Part shown: in pieces, positions 8,792 to 16,738 of the stretch
Numbering within the stretch: the first letter of the stretch is position 1
Layout: every line of letters starts with the position of its first letter
Translations under genes and position numbers: made by a program
Notes under the pieces: generated by a model
Database searches by the model: none
Told to the model about the DNA's origin: nothing
The model's input: the letters and a program-made list of their open reading frames with translations, nothing else
Origin: Nitrosopumilus sp.
Lineage (GTDB): Archaea > Thermoproteota > Nitrososphaeria > Nitrososphaerales > Nitrosopumilaceae
NCBI GenBank assembly: GCA_963662625.1
Contig: OY759726.1
Span: 224,001-288,000 of the forward strand
DNA length: 64,000 bases
Direction: 5' to 3'

Positions 8792-9187
8792 ATGGTAGAG
8801 AACACGAAGGAAAACTGGTCGACCACCAGCGTCAGGTCCACCCTGGTGGAGGAAATAAAGAAGATTCTGCAGACCAAGGCGGCAAAAAGGGAGGGCCTCA
8901 CGAACGTGAGCCAATTCGTGGACACGGCCGTCAGGGACCTGATCGACAGGATCGAGTCCGAGCGCATGACGCACCTGAACATGTACGACGACCACGTCAA
9001 GATACTCGACAACCACCTGGGAAACATAGGCAGGATCGTGTCGGTCTACTTCAAGAGGGGGCGCCGGTCATGGTGCGACTACTGCGAGGAGCCAGGCTGC
9101 GTCCACGTCCAGTACGCCTGGGAGATCCCCAAGGTGGGGAAGATCCTCAGGGGGATGGGGATGAAACCCCCGCCGTCGAGGGCGTGA
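8792..9187 (+). CDS. RHH regulator with C-terminal SWIM-like Zn finger (repressor-like)
   Basis: N-term WSTTSVRSTLVEEI..TNVSQFVDTAVRDLI; C-term WCDYCEEPGCVH. Confidence 0.75.
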   Translation: MVENTKENWSTTSVRSTLVEEIKKILQTKAAKREGLTNVSQFVDTAVRDLIDRIESERMTHLNMYDDHVKILDNHLGNIGRIVSVYFKRGRRSWCDYCEEPGCVHVQYAWEIPKVGKILRGMGMKPPPSRA

Positions 9188-10454
9188 TCCTGGCCCGGGT
9201 TTCAGCGCGCCCCGACGGCCGCCAGCCGCCCGTCACGCCACCCGGCCCGGCGGCGACGCCGGCCGGTTCCGGGGAGGTCCTCTCCAGCGCCTCTATCCTC
9301 CTGACCAGCGCGTCTATCATCCTTGACTTTTCCTCCAGCTCGGAGTTCTTGGATTCCAGCGCCGAGTTCCTCGCGGCCATCTCGTCCACCCTTTTCTGCT
9401 TCTCCTTGATCTCGAACGCGTGCCTCTCCGCGGGGTCCACGGTGAGTTTCGGGATGGCGGCGGTGAACTCGGAAAAGCTCTCCTCGATGGTGGGGCGGAG
9501 GTACACCCCGTCCAGCCCGCGCATGTGCCCCATGAGCTTCTCGGCGATGTTGTAGTTGACGTCGGCCAGCTTTATCACCGTGTTGAACCGCTTGCGGAAC
9601 ATGTAGATCGGGGCCTTGTCGTACCGCCTGCTGTTGCCGTCAAGCATCACCGCGGACTGCACCCCGGCGGCGGCGGAGAGGTTCCGCATCATGTTCCTGG
9701 CGCCGCCGCTCCCCAGATGTTCCCCCCCGCGGCCGTTCTCCGACGCGAACAGCGGCGACTCGCCTGTGATCTCCTCCCCGTTGCGCCTCCTGGCCCCAAG
9801 GTACCTGTCAAGCGCCCCCCTGGCCTCCGGGGTCAGGAACGCCCAGTATTCCTCCCTGCTCTTCTCGTATATCGTCACGCCGTAGCACCACCTCGGCCTC
9901 GTCTCCGGGGCTCCAGGATCCGGCATGTCGACCAGGTGCCTCACCCGGAGCACCGGATCCTCCAGGGCCCCGGGCCTTATCCCGGTGGACGCCAGGAAAT
10001 GCACCAGCGCCTTCGTCCTCAGCTTGTTGGTCCCGGCCAGCATGGCCAGTATCTCCCCGTTGGTGACCGGGCTGTTCCCCGAGCCAGCCCCGCCGTCCCT
10101 CCTGATCCCCATCCTGACGCTCTCCTTGTGCCACGACATCTCGTTCATCCTGATGAACTTCTCGATCCCGTTGATCTTGGCGGCGACGGTGACCTGCCGG
10201 TTCCCCTTCTCCTCGTTGTGCAGCACCCATTCCTTCACCGCGTCGGTCGCCATCCGGGTGTCAAAGGAGGCAAACTCGTCGTACGCGTCCGCCCCCGACA
10301 CCAGTTTCTTCCAGTGGAGGAATCCCATGAACAGCCTCATCGAGACGGAGTACGATCTCTTTGTGTGCCGGTTGTGGATCCCCCGCAGGAACTCGCGGTA
10401 GGACTTCTGCTCCCCGCCCATCCTATCCGCGTATTCCAGCCAGCTTTCCGCCAT
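9147..10454 (-). CDS. int: Tyrosine recombinase/integrase
   Basis: LASTGIR, YMFRKRF, LMGH..LDGVY catalytic motifs; coiled-coil tail as in thaumarchaeal integrases. Confidence 0.9.
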   Translation of the reverse strand: MAESWLEYADRMGGEQKSYREFLRGIHNRHTKRSYSVSMRLFMGFLHWKKLVSGADAYDEFASFDTRMATDAVKEWVLHNEEKGNRQVTVAAKINGIEKFIRMNEMSWHKESVRMGIRRDGGAGSGNSPVTNGEILAMLAGTNKLRTKALVHFLASTGIRPGALEDPVLRVRHLVDMPDPGAPETRPRWCYGVTIYEKSREEYWAFLTPEARGALDRYLGARRRNGEEITGESPLFASENGRGGEHLGSGGARNMMRNLSAAAGVQSAVMLDGNSRRYDKAPIYMFRKRFNTVIKLADVNYNIAEKLMGHMRGLDGVYLRPTIEESFSEFTAAIPKLTVDPAERHAFEIKEKQKRVDEMAARNSALESKNSELEEKSRMIDALVRRIEALERTSPEPAGVAAGPGGVTGGWRPSGRAETRARITPSTAGVSSPSP

Positions 10455-10502
10455 GGGGATGGTGCGGCCCGGATCTAAATAAACACCACAGAAGATGGCA
10501 TG

Positions 10503-10919
10503 TCATCCCTCGATCTCTTCCTTGATGGCCCGCAGCGCCTGCTCGGTGCCCCCCTCGACGTGCCTCTTCACCATCCCGGTGAACATCCCCATCATCCCGG
10601 TCAGCCGGATGTCCCACGCCACCTCCAGGGCGGTCTTTTCGCCCATGGGGGCCACGGTGACTACCTTGGTGCCGTCTATGATCCCCCTAGTAAAGACAGC
10701 CTCGATCCTCTCCTTCGGTGTCAGGGTGACGGTCTGCAGGCACTTTTGGTCCCTGAACGCTATGGTGATCTCCCTCTCGACTGTGTTGCCGTCCCTGAAG
10801 ATGTTCCTGACCCCCTTTGTCCCCTTCCAGAACCTCGGCTCGCTGTCTATGTCCGAGACCACCTCCCACACCCTGTCGACCGGGGCGTCGACCTCGATCC
10901 GCGACTCGATTCTTGCCAT
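10503..10919 (-). CDS. SRPBCC/polyketide cyclase-dehydrase family protein
   Basis: IEVDAPVDRVWEVVSD signature; start at MARIES, with a TATA-like tract upstream. Confidence 0.85.
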   Translation of the reverse strand: MARIESRIEVDAPVDRVWEVVSDIDSEPRFWKGTKGVRNIFRDGNTVEREITIAFRDQKCLQTVTLTPKERIEAVFTRGIIDGTKVVTVAPMGEKTALEVAWDIRLTGMMGMFTGMVKRHVEGGTEQALRAIKEEIEG

Positions 10920-10967
10920 GCCTGGGGTAGCCACCGAAGTAAATATATTAGATTCCTCCCGTGGCAA

Positions 10968-11301
10968 GGCGACTGTGATGGGCATGGCGCCTAAAATCCA
11001 GAACAGTAACTCCGGTTCTAACGGCACCTGCCACTCTTCCATCACAGTCACCCCAAAAATATGAGACGCGCGGGATGCCTTCCAAAGATCGGGACGCTTG
11101 ACGGCGCCGGGTTCTGGAAGCGCGCCTACGCGCGCCAGAGGTGAAAGCTGCTGAGAAATGCCGGCGTCCCCGACGGCCAGATCGCCGGCACGGTCGACAG
11201 GCAGTGCCGTGAGATCCCGGCGGCCCCGGGGTACGCGATAGAGACCTGCGGGGCGGACAGGAAAGGCCTGCTGTGACGGGGCGGCCAGATGGGATCCCGC
11301 G
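10968..11301. ncRNA. Candidate structured non-coding RNA(s), family unrecognised
   Basis: 14-bp closing stem 10968-10981/11039-11052, then a multi-branched domain closed by 11069-11079/11291-11301 with several nested stems and purine-rich loops. Confidence 0.45.
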
Positions 11302-11363
11302 GAACGCCGTGCGGGCGCCGAGCGTTTCGAAATTCATTTTAACCCGCCCGCGCAGTAAACCCC

Positions 11364-11690
11364 GTGGAAGGCATAACGTACGAGGACTTTGCGAGGCTGG
11401 ATCTCAGGGTGGGCAGGATAGTCTCCACAGAGCCGATACCCGGCAAGACGAGGATCGTCAAGGGCGTGGTCGACCTCGGCTCAGGGACCCGCGACGTGGT
11501 CATCGGCGGCGCCCAGCACTACGGGCCGGAGGATCTCGCCGGGCTGACAGTCGTGGTGGTCGCGAACCTGGAGCCGAAGAAGCTGGCCGGCGTGCAGTCA
11601 GACGCGATGCTCCTGGCGGCAGACGTGGACGGCAAGCCGTTCTGGCTGACGGTGGGCGGGGACGTGCCGCCCGGCAGCGCGGTGAGGTGA
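11364..11690 (+). CDS. tRNA-binding OB-fold protein (Trbp111/CsaA family)
   Basis: ITYEDFARLDLRVGRI..VVANLEPKKLAGVQSDAMLLA. Confidence 0.88.
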   Translation: MEGITYEDFARLDLRVGRIVSTEPIPGKTRIVKGVVDLGSGTRDVVIGGAQHYGPEDLAGLTVVVVANLEPKKLAGVQSDAMLLAADVDGKPFWLTVGGDVPPGSAVR

Positions 11691-11762
11691 ACCGGCTCGC
11701 GGCGGGCAGGCCAGCGGCCCCCTGCAAAAATGGTTAATTAGGGCGCGGTGCGACAATGTGGC

Positions 11763-12227
11763 ATGCTCTCCGAAGGCGAGGCCGTCCCCGAGTTCGAGGC
11801 CGACGGCGCGGACGGCAGGAGGGTGAAGTCTGCCGACTTCAGTGGCAGGCCGCACGCGATCTATTTTTACCCGAAAGACTTCACCCCCGGGTGCACCACC
11901 GAGGCGGACGAGTTTTCCAGGGACTATGAGAAGTTCCTGGAGGAGGGGGTGGAGGTCATCGGGATCAGCCCCGACGGCGTGGACTCGCACAGGAAGTTCT
12001 GCGAGAAGATGGGGATAAGGTACCCCCTGCTGGCCGACGCGGACAAGAAGATCTCAAAGGCGTTCGGCGTCTGGGGCAAGAAGAAGTTCATGGGCAGGGA
12101 GTACATGGGGGTCGTGAGGAGCACGTTTCTGGTGGGCGGGGACGGCAGGATCTTCAAGGTGTTCCCGAAGGTAAAGCCAGCCGGGCACGCGGGGGAGGTC
12201 CTGGCGGAGTTCAAAAAACAGGGTTAA
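11763..12227 (+). CDS. bcp: Peroxiredoxin Q/BCP
   Basis: YFYPKDFTPGCTTEA motif. Confidence 0.92.
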   Translation: MLSEGEAVPEFEADGADGRRVKSADFSGRPHAIYFYPKDFTPGCTTEADEFSRDYEKFLEEGVEVIGISPDGVDSHRKFCEKMGIRYPLLADADKKISKAFGVWGKKKFMGREYMGVVRSTFLVGGDGRIFKVFPKVKPAGHAGEVLAEFKKQG

Positions 12228-12245
12228 AGGAAAAAAATGGCGGGG

Positions 12246-13253
12246 CTAGAAGCCCTTTGGCAGCTTGCCCTTCGGGCGCCTCGCCGGTTCCGGCTCGGGT
12301 TTGGGATCGAATCCCTTTGGCAGCTTGCCCCGTTTCGATCCGGCGCTGGCCGCGGATCCCGCGCGCGCCTCCTCGGCCAGGGCTTGCTGGCGATCTTGCT
12401 CGCGCTGCGCCCTGTCCTGTTCCAGCCTCTGCAGGTACTCCCTTTCGTAGTTGTCGAGCTCGTCCCTCCGCGACCTTCCCTGATCTTGGGATGCCGGGGG
12501 AGGGGATTGCTGGGCCTGGGCTTCGGCTTTTGGCGGCTCTGCCTCGACCTGCGGGGCCGCCTGCTGCAGCGAGGCGCCCTCGACGGTCATCTGGTTGCCG
12601 CTAAACCCCCCGAACGTCTTTGTGGGCGGGCTGTATGCCAGCCGCGCCCGCGTTGCAAAGTACTGGTTGGAGGGCTGCGTATACCCCGGCACCTTGGATT
12701 TTTGCTCGTTCCAGTTTGAAGTCGGCACGTTTCCCACGGGGGCGGTCCTCCGGACAAAGTACCGGTTTGCCGCCGGGGTGTAGCCCGTGACCTTGGCCCG
12801 GTACTGGTGAAAGTCGGTCATGGGAGCGTTCATGTACGCGTTCTCCAAGGCGTCCTGGAAAGTGACCTGCTTTGGCTCCGGCGGCTGGGCCGCCTGCTGT
12901 TCTGCGGGCTTGCTCTCGGCCGGCTTTGCCTTGGGCGCAGGCTTTGTCTCCTTCGGCACCGCCTTGGGCTTGGGCGCGGGCTTTGGCGCCTCCTTCGGCA
13001 CCGCCTTGGGCTTGGGCGCGGGCTTTGGCGCCTCCTTCGGCACCGCCTTGGGCTTGGGCGCGGGCTTTGGCGCCTCCTTCGGCACCGCCTTGGGCTTGGG
13101 CGCGGGCTTGGCCTCTGCCTGCTCCGCCTTTGGTTCCGGTTGCTCGTCTGGCTGCGCCTCAAACTGCGCGGATAATTTGGATAGCTTCGCCTCTAGCTCT
13201 GCAATCTTCACCTCGAGTTCTTTCTTGGTGCTCGCTTTGCGTTTTGTTGCCAT
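12246..13253 (-). CDS. Conserved thaumarchaeal low-complexity protein with Pro/Lys/Ala repeats
   Basis: Coiled-coil N-term, PKPAPKPKAVPKEA repeats, repeated KGKLPKGF tail. Confidence 0.75.
   Translation of the reverse strand: MATKRKASTKKELEVKIAELEAKLSKLSAQFEAQPDEQPEPKAEQAEAKPAPKPKAVPKEAPKPAPKPKAVPKEAPKPAPKPKAVPKEAPKPAPKPKAVPKETKPAPKAKPAESKPAEQQAAQPPEPKQVTFQDALENAYMNAPMTDFHQYRAKVTGYTPAANRYFVRRTAPVGNVPTSNWNEQKSKVPGYTQPSNQYFATRARLAYSPPTKTFGGFSGNQMTVEGASLQQAAPQVEAEPPKAEAQAQQSPPPASQDQGRSRRDELDNYEREYLQRLEQDRAQREQDRQQALAEEARAGSAASAGSKRGKLPKGFDPKPEPEPARRPKGKLPKGF
12948..13110. repeat. In-frame 42-bp tandem repeat, ~4 copies
   Basis: Unit CTCCTTCGGCACCGCCTTGGGCTTGGGCGCGGGCTTTGGCGC repeated. Confidence 0.9.
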
Positions 13254-13477
13254 TCCTCTAGGTAAATTTGCATAGTTTATTTATATTGTGGTCGACCCCG
13301 AAAGGGGCGCGATCAGGCGCGCCGGGCGGCATCCGGCGGCGTTCGGCGCGCCGTGGGGGCGGCACGGGGGGGAAGCGCGTCCTGCACCCCGGGCCACACG
13401 CGCCGAGTCCCGGTTGCGGCGCACGGATCCGTCGGATCGGATCGCGCTCCTGGCGCGCCGGGCGATCCGGGCTACGG

Positions 13478-13669
13478 TCAGTCTGGCTCCCAAAACTGCA
13501 TCAGGAACATGCAGTTGTTGCAGCGCCACAGCCTGACGTGGATCCCGTTGTAGGTGTCGGAGGCGTACCTGCCGTCATCGAGCCTGCGGATCCGGGGCAG
13601 GTAGCTCAGTTCGGGGTTTTCCAGCCACTCGTTCTGCCCGCAGTTCGGGCATTTGACCCTGGGAGGCAT
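13478..13669 (-). CDS. Small Zn-ribbon protein (63 aa)
   Basis: CPNCG...CNNC. Confidence 0.7.
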   Translation of the reverse strand: MPPRVKCPNCGQNEWLENPELSYLPRIRRLDDGRYASDTYNGIHVRLWRCNNCMFLMQFWEPD

Positions 13670-13766
13670 GAGTCCAGTACAGGCCATCCGAGAAATAACT
13701 TTACTGCCACGGCCCCGCGCGGGGCCGTGGTTCGAATCTTTTATATGGAAAACGGCGTGGCTTAGC

Positions 13767-14474
13767 ATGATGGCCAACCCGCGCGCGTACCTTGCCGAGG
13801 CGATAGCCACGTACGGCCTGGTCTTCTTCGGCCCCCTGTCCGTAATCCTGGCAATCGCCTCGTTCGGCGAGGATCTGACCACCCAGTCGGTGCTCTTCAT
13901 AGCCCTCGGCCACGGCGGCGCCATCGCGCTCATGGTCTACGCCTTCGGCCACGTCTCCGGCGCCCACATCAACCCCGCGGTCACCATTCCCATGGTGATC
14001 ACGAGGAGGCTCGGCGTGGCGGACGGCGTGGGCTACATCGCGTCCCAGCTGGTCGGCGCCGTGGCGGCGGCCGCCACCCTGAAGGCGATCCTGCCCGAAC
14101 TGGGGGCCAAGGTGAACTTCGGCACGCAGGGCGGGCCGAGCGATCTGCTCAACAACAGCGCGGGTTCCGGGTTCGCGGTGGAGGCCATCCTGACGTTCTT
14201 CCTCGTCCTGGTAATCTTCATGACGGCCGTGCACAAGAAGGCGTCGCCCGGGTGGCACGGCTTTACCATCGGCGGGATGGTGTTCCTGATCCACCTGGTG
14301 GCGGTGCCGCTCACCGGCGCGTCGGTCAACCCCGCGCGGACGTTCGGCCCCGCCCTGATCTCCGGGTTTTGGGAGTTCCACTGGCTCTACTGGGCGGCCC
14401 CGATCCTGGGCGGGATAATCGCCGGGCTGATAATGAACTACGTCTACGTCAACAGGGCAGAGAAGGAAGCGTAG
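13767..14474 (+). CDS. MIP family aquaporin
   Basis: Two NPA motifs (HINPAVT, SVNPART); six TM segments. Confidence 0.95.
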   Translation: MMANPRAYLAEAIATYGLVFFGPLSVILAIASFGEDLTTQSVLFIALGHGGAIALMVYAFGHVSGAHINPAVTIPMVITRRLGVADGVGYIASQLVGAVAAAATLKAILPELGAKVNFGTQGGPSDLLNNSAGSGFAVEAILTFFLVLVIFMTAVHKKASPGWHGFTIGGMVFLIHLVAVPLTGASVNPARTFGPALISGFWEFHWLYWAAPILGGIIAGLIMNYVYVNRAEKEA

Positions 14475-14512
14475 ACCCCAACGTTTTTAAAAATTCGCGG
14501 CGCCCTTGCACC

Positions 14513-14950
14513 ATGTGCCCCCCGGACGGCGTCGCCGAACTGTTCATGATCGAGTCCGGGAGACTGGCCGGCGCGGTGGAGGCCGCCGCGTCCCGGGAGC
14601 TGTCAGTCGCGGAGATAGCCGAGACGTACCACCTGGTCATGAACGTCTCGGCCATGATCACCGCGCTCGGGGGGCGGGACGCCGCCGCGGGCCCCGGGCC
14701 CCTGCAGGAGAGGATCGCGGAGGCCGGGAAGGCGATCGACGGGTTCAACGCGGCGGCGCATCCCAGGATCCTGGCGGGCCTCGCCGCGTCGGTCGAGGAG
14801 GCCGCGGAGGCCCTCCGGGCCGGCTCGGATCCCGGGACGCCGCCCGGCGGGGATGGCGGCACGGCCGACGCGTACGAGGAGCTCAGGCAGATGATGAGCG
14901 CCAGGGAGTTCGTGGAGCAGTATGACAGTGGGCTGGCCGGCGATCCGTGA
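14513..14950 (+). CDS. Conserved hypothetical protein
   Basis: TATA-like TTTTAAAA upstream; helical protein. Confidence 0.65.
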   Translation: MCPPDGVAELFMIESGRLAGAVEAAASRELSVAEIAETYHLVMNVSAMITALGGRDAAAGPGPLQERIAEAGKAIDGFNAAAHPRILAGLAASVEEAAEALRAGSDPGTPPGGDGGTADAYEELRQMMSAREFVEQYDSGLAGDP

Positions 14951-15773
14951 GATGGCCGCCTGCCTGGCGGTCCTGAAGAGCGAGTTCCAGGCGTCGTACG
15001 CCGGGAAGAGCCACGTGCGGGAGGTGATCCCGGAGGCGCCGTCCGGATCGTTCCCCGCGGGGCGGCGCCACTTGGAACTGCTGCACGAGTTTGCCCGGAG
15101 GAACCCGATATACAGAGCCTCCCGCCGCGTGACGGTCGGCGGCGTGCCGTGCGTGGCCTACGAGGGCGACGCCAACAGGTACTGGCTCGGCAGCATCGGC
15201 CACGCGGCCAGCCGCGCGCCGTTTTCCCCCACGTGGGTGGCGTCGGCGTACGTGCTGTCGCTGCTTGCCCGGGAACACGGGTTCGGCCAGGTGGTGGACG
15301 TCGGCTCGGGCGACGGGCGGATCGCGTTCTGCGCCGGGATCCTCGGCATGGGGTCCTTCAGCATCGAGATCGACGGCGCCTTGGCCGGGCTCCAGGAGCG
15401 GCTGTCCGGGGTCGCGGGCTTTGAGACGCACTGCGCCGACGCGGCGGCGTTTGACTACTCGTCGCTGCCCCTGGAGAGCCCCGCCTTCGCCATAGGCGGC
15501 ATCGCCCAGATGGGCGGGGCATCCCTGGCAAGGGGGGTCATGGGGCGGGTGTCCTCCGGCCGCGGGCTCGGCAGGCACGGGTGGGTGCTTACCGGGACGA
15601 ACCTGCAGAAATACCCCCCGGATCCCAGGGGGGCCGCCGGGTGGGGCACCATGATCGAGGAGTGCGGCATGAGGGTCCTGCGGACGGTGTCGCTGCCCAC
15701 CGCCTGGACGCTCGGCGAGCCCGACGGGACGCCGTACGTCCTCGCCGAGTCCGCGAATAGCAATCCAAATTAA
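14922..15773 (+). CDS. SAM-dependent methyltransferase-like protein
   Basis: VVDVGSGDGRIA motif I; start uncertain. Confidence 0.7.
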   Translation: MTVGWPAIREMAACLAVLKSEFQASYAGKSHVREVIPEAPSGSFPAGRRHLELLHEFARRNPIYRASRRVTVGGVPCVAYEGDANRYWLGSIGHAASRAPFSPTWVASAYVLSLLAREHGFGQVVDVGSGDGRIAFCAGILGMGSFSIEIDGALAGLQERLSGVAGFETHCADAAAFDYSSLPLESPAFAIGGIAQMGGASLARGVMGRVSSGRGLGRHGWVLTGTNLQKYPPDPRGAAGWGTMIEECGMRVLRTVSLPTAWTLGEPDGTPYVLAESANSNPN

Positions 15774-15795
15774 GCCAAGGCGCCCAACCGTCCTT

Positions 15796-15870
15796 GGACT
15801 CGTTGCATAGCTTGGATAGTGCGAACGCTTGCGGAGCGTTAGGTCGCCGGTTCGAATCCGGTCGGGTCCG
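15796..15870 (+). tRNA. tRNA-Arg(GCG)
   Basis: Acceptor GGACTCG/CGGGTCC, anticodon arm AACGC-TTGCGGA-GCGTT, T-loop GTTCGAATC; no intron, no encoded CCA. Confidence 0.95.
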
Positions 15871-16424
15871 TTTCCCCCGCCGGCGCGGGCCGCCACCCGG
15901 CCGCCGGGGAGCGCGGCCGCCTTGCCGGCGTCCAACTTCCAGAGAACCCCCGGGCCCATGGTGACGATCATTGAAAATTTCCCCAGATGGAACGGTACGG
16001 GATCTTGCAGGCATCCACCCCGATCGGGCACGTCCTGAAACACTCCGAGACAGCGCTTCAAACCATCCGGCATCCCGCAGTGCCCGGGCGTGGCCTGCCA
16101 GTGCCTTGCCTCCCTCCACACGGCCCCCGCCGCGCCGGGCTTCGGCGTGGCGGTGGGAAGGCACGGCGCCCCGGTCTCTCGGTGATCCCGCAGGCATTCC
16201 CCCGCGCCCGCCGTCCCGTGCTGCCCCGCGTTGCCCGTTGTCACCAGCGCGCGCCCCCACTTGCGCCGGATCTCCCGGGGGTACGCCAGGAAGGTGTCCC
16301 CGCCGGACCTGCCGCACGGCCGCATCAGCCTCGTCCCGTCGGCCGCGAGGGCGCGCGGCCGCCTTGCCGGCGTCCAGATTCCCGGGCGCCCCCTGCCCCG
16401 GCAGCCAGCGTGCCGCGCCCCCCA

Positions 16425-16559
16425 TCACGTTTGGCATGCCCTGCTTCTGCCCAAGTGAGTGCCCCCGCACCTGCACATGGTGCAGATGGCGTAGCTCGTG
16501 TACTTGTCTTCCTCGGTCGGGCCGCCGCAGATTCTGCACGACTGTAGGACCACGATCAC
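16425..16559 (-). CDS. Cys-rich microprotein (44 aa)
   Basis: MIVVLQSCRICGG...CTMCRC; GTGA-coupled to upstream ORF. Confidence 0.45.
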   Translation of the reverse strand: MIVVLQSCRICGGPTEEDKYTSYAICTMCRCGGTHLGRSRACQT

Positions 16560-16738
16560 ACGCCCTGCCACGTCTTCTGCTTGTGTTCTATAACCCACTG
16601 TTTTGCCATTGGGAGCAGCTTGTCGACATCCACGTTTTTTGACTTGAGCGTTATCGCAAAATTGTTGTTGTGTGTTGAAGACGAGTCGTTTATTTCAAGC
16701 CTGATCTCATTTACGCTCGCGTCGCCGCTCTCTTTCAT
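16556..16738 (-). CDS. Hypothetical protein (60 aa), lower GC
   Basis: MKESGDASVNEIRLEIND...; GGAGG upstream. Confidence 0.55.
   Translation of the reverse strand: MKESGDASVNEIRLEINDSSSTHNNNFAITLKSKNVDVDKLLPMAKQWVIEHKQKTWQGV

Larger units (their letters stand above)
1..10454. mobile_element. Integrated provirus/plasmid-like element (right arm; left end outside window)
   Basis: Tyrosine integrase at the boundary with core genes, followed by a co-oriented, ATGA/GTGA-coupled string of small ORFs, SSAP, ParB-MTase, SF3 helicase and GT2. No virion genes or att repeat visible in the window. Confidence 0.85.

Noticed and set aside
10455-10485. Minus-strand ATCCGGGCCGCACCA resembling a tRNA 3' end (possible att site)
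   Set aside because: No T-arm. It is simply the spacer between a TATA box (TTTATTTA) and the integrase ATG.
10920-11051. N-terminal extension of the SRPBCC ORF
   Set aside because: Runs through a TATA-like tract and the hairpin; the domain starts at Met 10919.
11140-11165. GCTGAGA suggesting a TPP riboswitch
   Set aside because: The other TPP elements are missing and the thi genes are 24 kb away.
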